36,720 nt of DNA from an uncultured Clostridia bacterium (lineage in GTDB: Bacteria > Bacillota > Clostridia > TANB77 > CAG-508), in the NCBI GenBank assembly GCA_947624365.1, contig CANQJY010000002.1, forward strand, positions 1 to 36,720, in the 5' to 3' direction. This document shows, piece by piece, positions 34,296 to 36,720 of the stretch. The notes under the pieces were generated by a model that saw nothing but the letters and a program-made list of their open reading frames with translations, was not told the DNA's origin and did no database searches. Numbering within the stretch: position 1 is the first letter of the stretch; each line of letters opens with the position of its first letter. The position numbers and the translations under genes were made by a program.

Positions 34296-36167
34296 TTGAA
34301 AATACAGCAATTAAAAATCAATCATTATGGCAAATTACAGAATAAAGAAATAAAATTTGGTAATAACATAAATTTAATTTATGGAAAAAATGAAGCGGGA
34401 AAATCCACAATTTTATCATATATTGTAAATATTTTTTACGGTATTTCTAAAAATAAAAAAGGGAAAGAATATTCAGACTTTGAAAAATATGAACCATGGG
34501 TAGGAGAAGAATTTTCAGGAAAATTAACATATCAATTAGATAATAAAAAAACATATGAAATTCAAAGAGATTTTAAAAAGAAAAACCCAAAAATCTTTAA
34601 TGAAAACATGGAAGATATTTCAAAGGAATTTCCAATTGATAAATCAACAGGAAATAGTTTTTTTTATGAACAAACAAAAGTAGATGAACAACTATTTTTA
34701 TCAACACTTGTAGCAAATCAGCAAGAAACACGATTACAAAAAAGTGAGCAAGGAATATTAGTACAAAAAATAGCAAATTTAGTAGGCACAGGAGAAGATA
34801 AAGTATCATATAAAATAGCAGTAGACCGTTTAAACCGTAGGCAATTAGACGAAATCGGAAGCAGTAGAACACGCGAAAAGCCTATAAATTTAATAGAAAA
34901 AAAGATTATACAAATTGAAGAAGAAAAAGAAAAATTACAGCAATATCAAGACAAACAATATGAAACAGAAACAAAGGAAAAGCAACTATTAAAACAAATC
35001 CAAGAATTAGAAAAAGAAATGCAAGAAATACAGCAATTAAAAATCTCTTATGAAGAACAAGAGATGGAAAATCAAAAAATAGCAGTAAAAGAAAACATAA
35101 AAGAGCAAAACTCAGAAAAAATCAAAGAAATTAATGAACGCCTTAATGATATTATAAAAACATGTGAAGAGAAAAAAACAAAAAGCGAAAAGGCTCAAAA
35201 ATACGGAAAATACTTATTCGTAATTACAGCAATAATATTAATTTTAAATGCTATTTTACAACCAATATTTTTGGGAAATGTAATTATAAACATAGTTACA
35301 ATAGCAGTAAGTATCATATTTTTAGCTATTGCAATTCTAGTAATAACAAAAAAACATAAACAAGATATAAAAGAACAAAAAGAAAATTTAAAGCAATATG
35401 AAATATTAAAAGAAAAACAAAATTTATTAGAAAATGAAATAAAAATTTTAGAAAAAAGCAATGAAGAAATAGAAAAAGAAATACAAACATTAAAAAAATA
35501 TCCTAAAATTGCAAAAGAACAAATGGAAACAATTACATCTAAGAATATATTATACAAAATGCAATCAACACAAAATAACATTAATGATAAAAAAATTGAA
35601 TTACACGCATTACAATTAGACAAAAACAATATAATACCAAGTTTAGAAAAATTAGCAAAAATGGAAGAAGAATATGCAAATTTACAAGAGCAAAGGCAAG
35701 AATTACAAAAATTAAATACTGCAATTGATATAGCAAAGCAAGTATTAGAAGAATGTTATGAAACTATGCGTCATACAGTAACACCAAAGTTTACACAAAA
35801 TTTATCTAATATAATTTGCAATATTACAAACCAAAAATATACACATGTACGTTTCCATGATGAACAAGGTTTAATTGTAGAAAATGAAAAAGGAGAATAT
35901 ATTCCAGCTACAAAATTAAGTATAGGAACAATTGAACAGTTATATCTTTCTTTACGATTATCTATGATAGATGATTTATCTTCAGAACAATTGCCAATAA
36001 TCTTAGATGAAACATTTGCATATTTTGACGAAGAACGTTTAGAAAATTTCTTGACATATATGTCAAAAACATATTCAAACAGGCAGATTTTAATATTTAC
36101 ATGTACAAATAGAGAAAAAAATATTTTAGACAAACAAAAAATACCATATGATTTGATAGAACTATAA
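34296..36167 (+). CDS. AAA/SMC-like ATPase with long coiled coil (SbcC/YhaN-like), internal TM hairpin
   Basis: Walker A GKNEAGKST, and C-terminal LSIGTIEQLYLSLRL plus PIILDETFAYFD. AGGGAG RBS 7 nt before the TTG at 34296, which I prefer over the ATG at 34254 because that one lies inside the upstream gene. Hydrophobic stretch YLFVITAIILILN...IAILVI in the mid-protein. Confidence 0.8.
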   Translation: MKIQQLKINHYGKLQNKEIKFGNNINLIYGKNEAGKSTILSYIVNIFYGISKNKKGKEYSDFEKYEPWVGEEFSGKLTYQLDNKKTYEIQRDFKKKNPKIFNENMEDISKEFPIDKSTGNSFFYEQTKVDEQLFLSTLVANQQETRLQKSEQGILVQKIANLVGTGEDKVSYKIAVDRLNRRQLDEIGSSRTREKPINLIEKKIIQIEEEKEKLQQYQDKQYETETKEKQLLKQIQELEKEMQEIQQLKISYEEQEMENQKIAVKENIKEQNSEKIKEINERLNDIIKTCEEKKTKSEKAQKYGKYLFVITAIILILNAILQPIFLGNVIINIVTIAVSIIFLAIAILVITKKHKQDIKEQKENLKQYEILKEKQNLLENEIKILEKSNEEIEKEIQTLKKYPKIAKEQMETITSKNILYKMQSTQNNINDKKIELHALQLDKNNIIPSLEKLAKMEEEYANLQEQRQELQKLNTAIDIAKQVLEECYETMRHTVTPKFTQNLSNIICNITNQKYTHVRFHDEQGLIVENEKGEYIPATKLSIGTIEQLYLSLRLSMIDDLSSEQLPIILDETFAYFDEERLENFLTYMSKTYSNRQILIFTCTNREKNILDKQKIPYDLIEL

Positions 36168-36175
36168 TACATATC

Positions 36176-36204
36176 TTGACAAAGCCATGCAAATGCAGTA
36201 AAAT
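36176..36204 (+). promoter_or_regulatory. Sigma-A-type promoter for prfA
   Basis: TTGACA (36176-36181), 17-bp spacer, TAAAAT (36199-36204). Confidence 0.45.
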
Positions 36205-36234
36205 AGTACAGTAATTTAGAAAAAGGAGAGAAAT

Positions 36235-36720
36235 ATGTTTGACAAATTAGAACTCGTTGAAAAACGATATGAAGAATTAACTCAAATGATAAGTGACCCA
36301 GAAGTAATTAATAACCAAACAGAATGGCAAAAATTGATGAAAGAACATTCTAGTATAGAAGAAGTGGTTCTAAAATATAGAGAATACAAAAAGGTAAAAC
36401 AATCAATGGAAGAGGCAAAAGAAATGCTCCAAGACCCAGAACTAAAAGAATTAGCCGAAGCAGAATATTATGAGGCAAAAGAAAAGATACCAGTAATAGA
36501 AGAAGAATTAAAAATCTTATTAATCCCAAAAGACCCAGATGATGATAAAAACATTATATGTGAAATCCGCGCAGGAGCAGGAGGAGAAGAAGCAGCATTA
36601 TTTGCAGGAACTCTATTTAGAATGTACACCATGTATGCAGAAAAAAAGCATTGGAAATTAGAAGTATTAAACGAAAATGAAACAGGGCTTGGAGGATATA
36701 AAGAAGTAAACTTTATGATT
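36235..36720 (+). CDS. prfA: Peptide chain release factor 1, 5' part (runs off the window)
   Basis: Not in the ORF track because it has no stop. AAAGGAGAG RBS, then [24 protein letters not shown]...[22 protein letters not shown], which is typical of the RF1 N-terminus. Confidence 0.9.
   Translation, partial: MFDKLELVEKRYEELTQMISDPEVINNQTEWQKLMKEHSSIEEVVLKYREYKKVKQSMEEAKEMLQDPELKELAEAEYYEAKEKIPVIEEELKILLIPKDPDDDKNIICEIRAGAGGEEAALFAGTLFRMYTMYAEKKHWKLEVLNENETGLGGYKEVNFMI

Overview
This is an AT-rich chromosomal segment of low-GC Firmicutes/Clostridia type, with tRNAs that encode CCA, GGAGG-type RBSs and TTGACA-N17-TATAAT promoters. The organism call is inference.

Most genes are + strand housekeeping genes:
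- SDR, a VanW/G5 protein, tRNA-Lys(CTT), a DUF1385-like protein and metK
- a CapA-family protein (on the minus strand), DUF378, an ABC-F ATPase and tex
- an HtrA-like protease, an M23 peptidase (on the minus strand), an SGNH hydrolase and a TSCPD protein
- a GT39/ArnT-like membrane protein, murF and a CbpA-like J-protein
- a YhaO/YhaN-like SbcCD-type pair and the 5' part of prfA

The stand-out is a 10.4-kb minus-strand block at 11353-21895. A sigma-A-type promoter is followed by a roughly 120-nt leader that consists mostly of a perfect 31-bp-arm palindrome. Next comes a 2,480-aa dimodular NRPS with the order C-A-T-C-A-T-R, ending in a thioester reductase and therefore of the dipeptide-aldehyde/pyrazinone type. 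A 7TM-PAS histidine kinase follows 11 bp downstream, and then a REC-HD-GYP response regulator, which is a c-di-GMP phosphodiesterase-type output.

The palindrome is built from GTCC-N6-GGAC units and is flanked by an 8-10 bp direct repeat, so it looks MITE-like. A third, solo arm abuts the murF stop codon at 29064-29097. A truncated Rpn/YhgA-like PD-(D/E)XK protein with substituted catalytic positions sits next to the palindrome.

A second accessory patch at 30.16-33.11 kb holds two orphan ORFs and a VirD4/TraG-type coupling protein, which is broken by a 1-nt insertion inside its Walker A motif. No relaxase or other T4SS genes accompany it.

I found no CRISPR array, rRNA, riboswitch or intact IS element.
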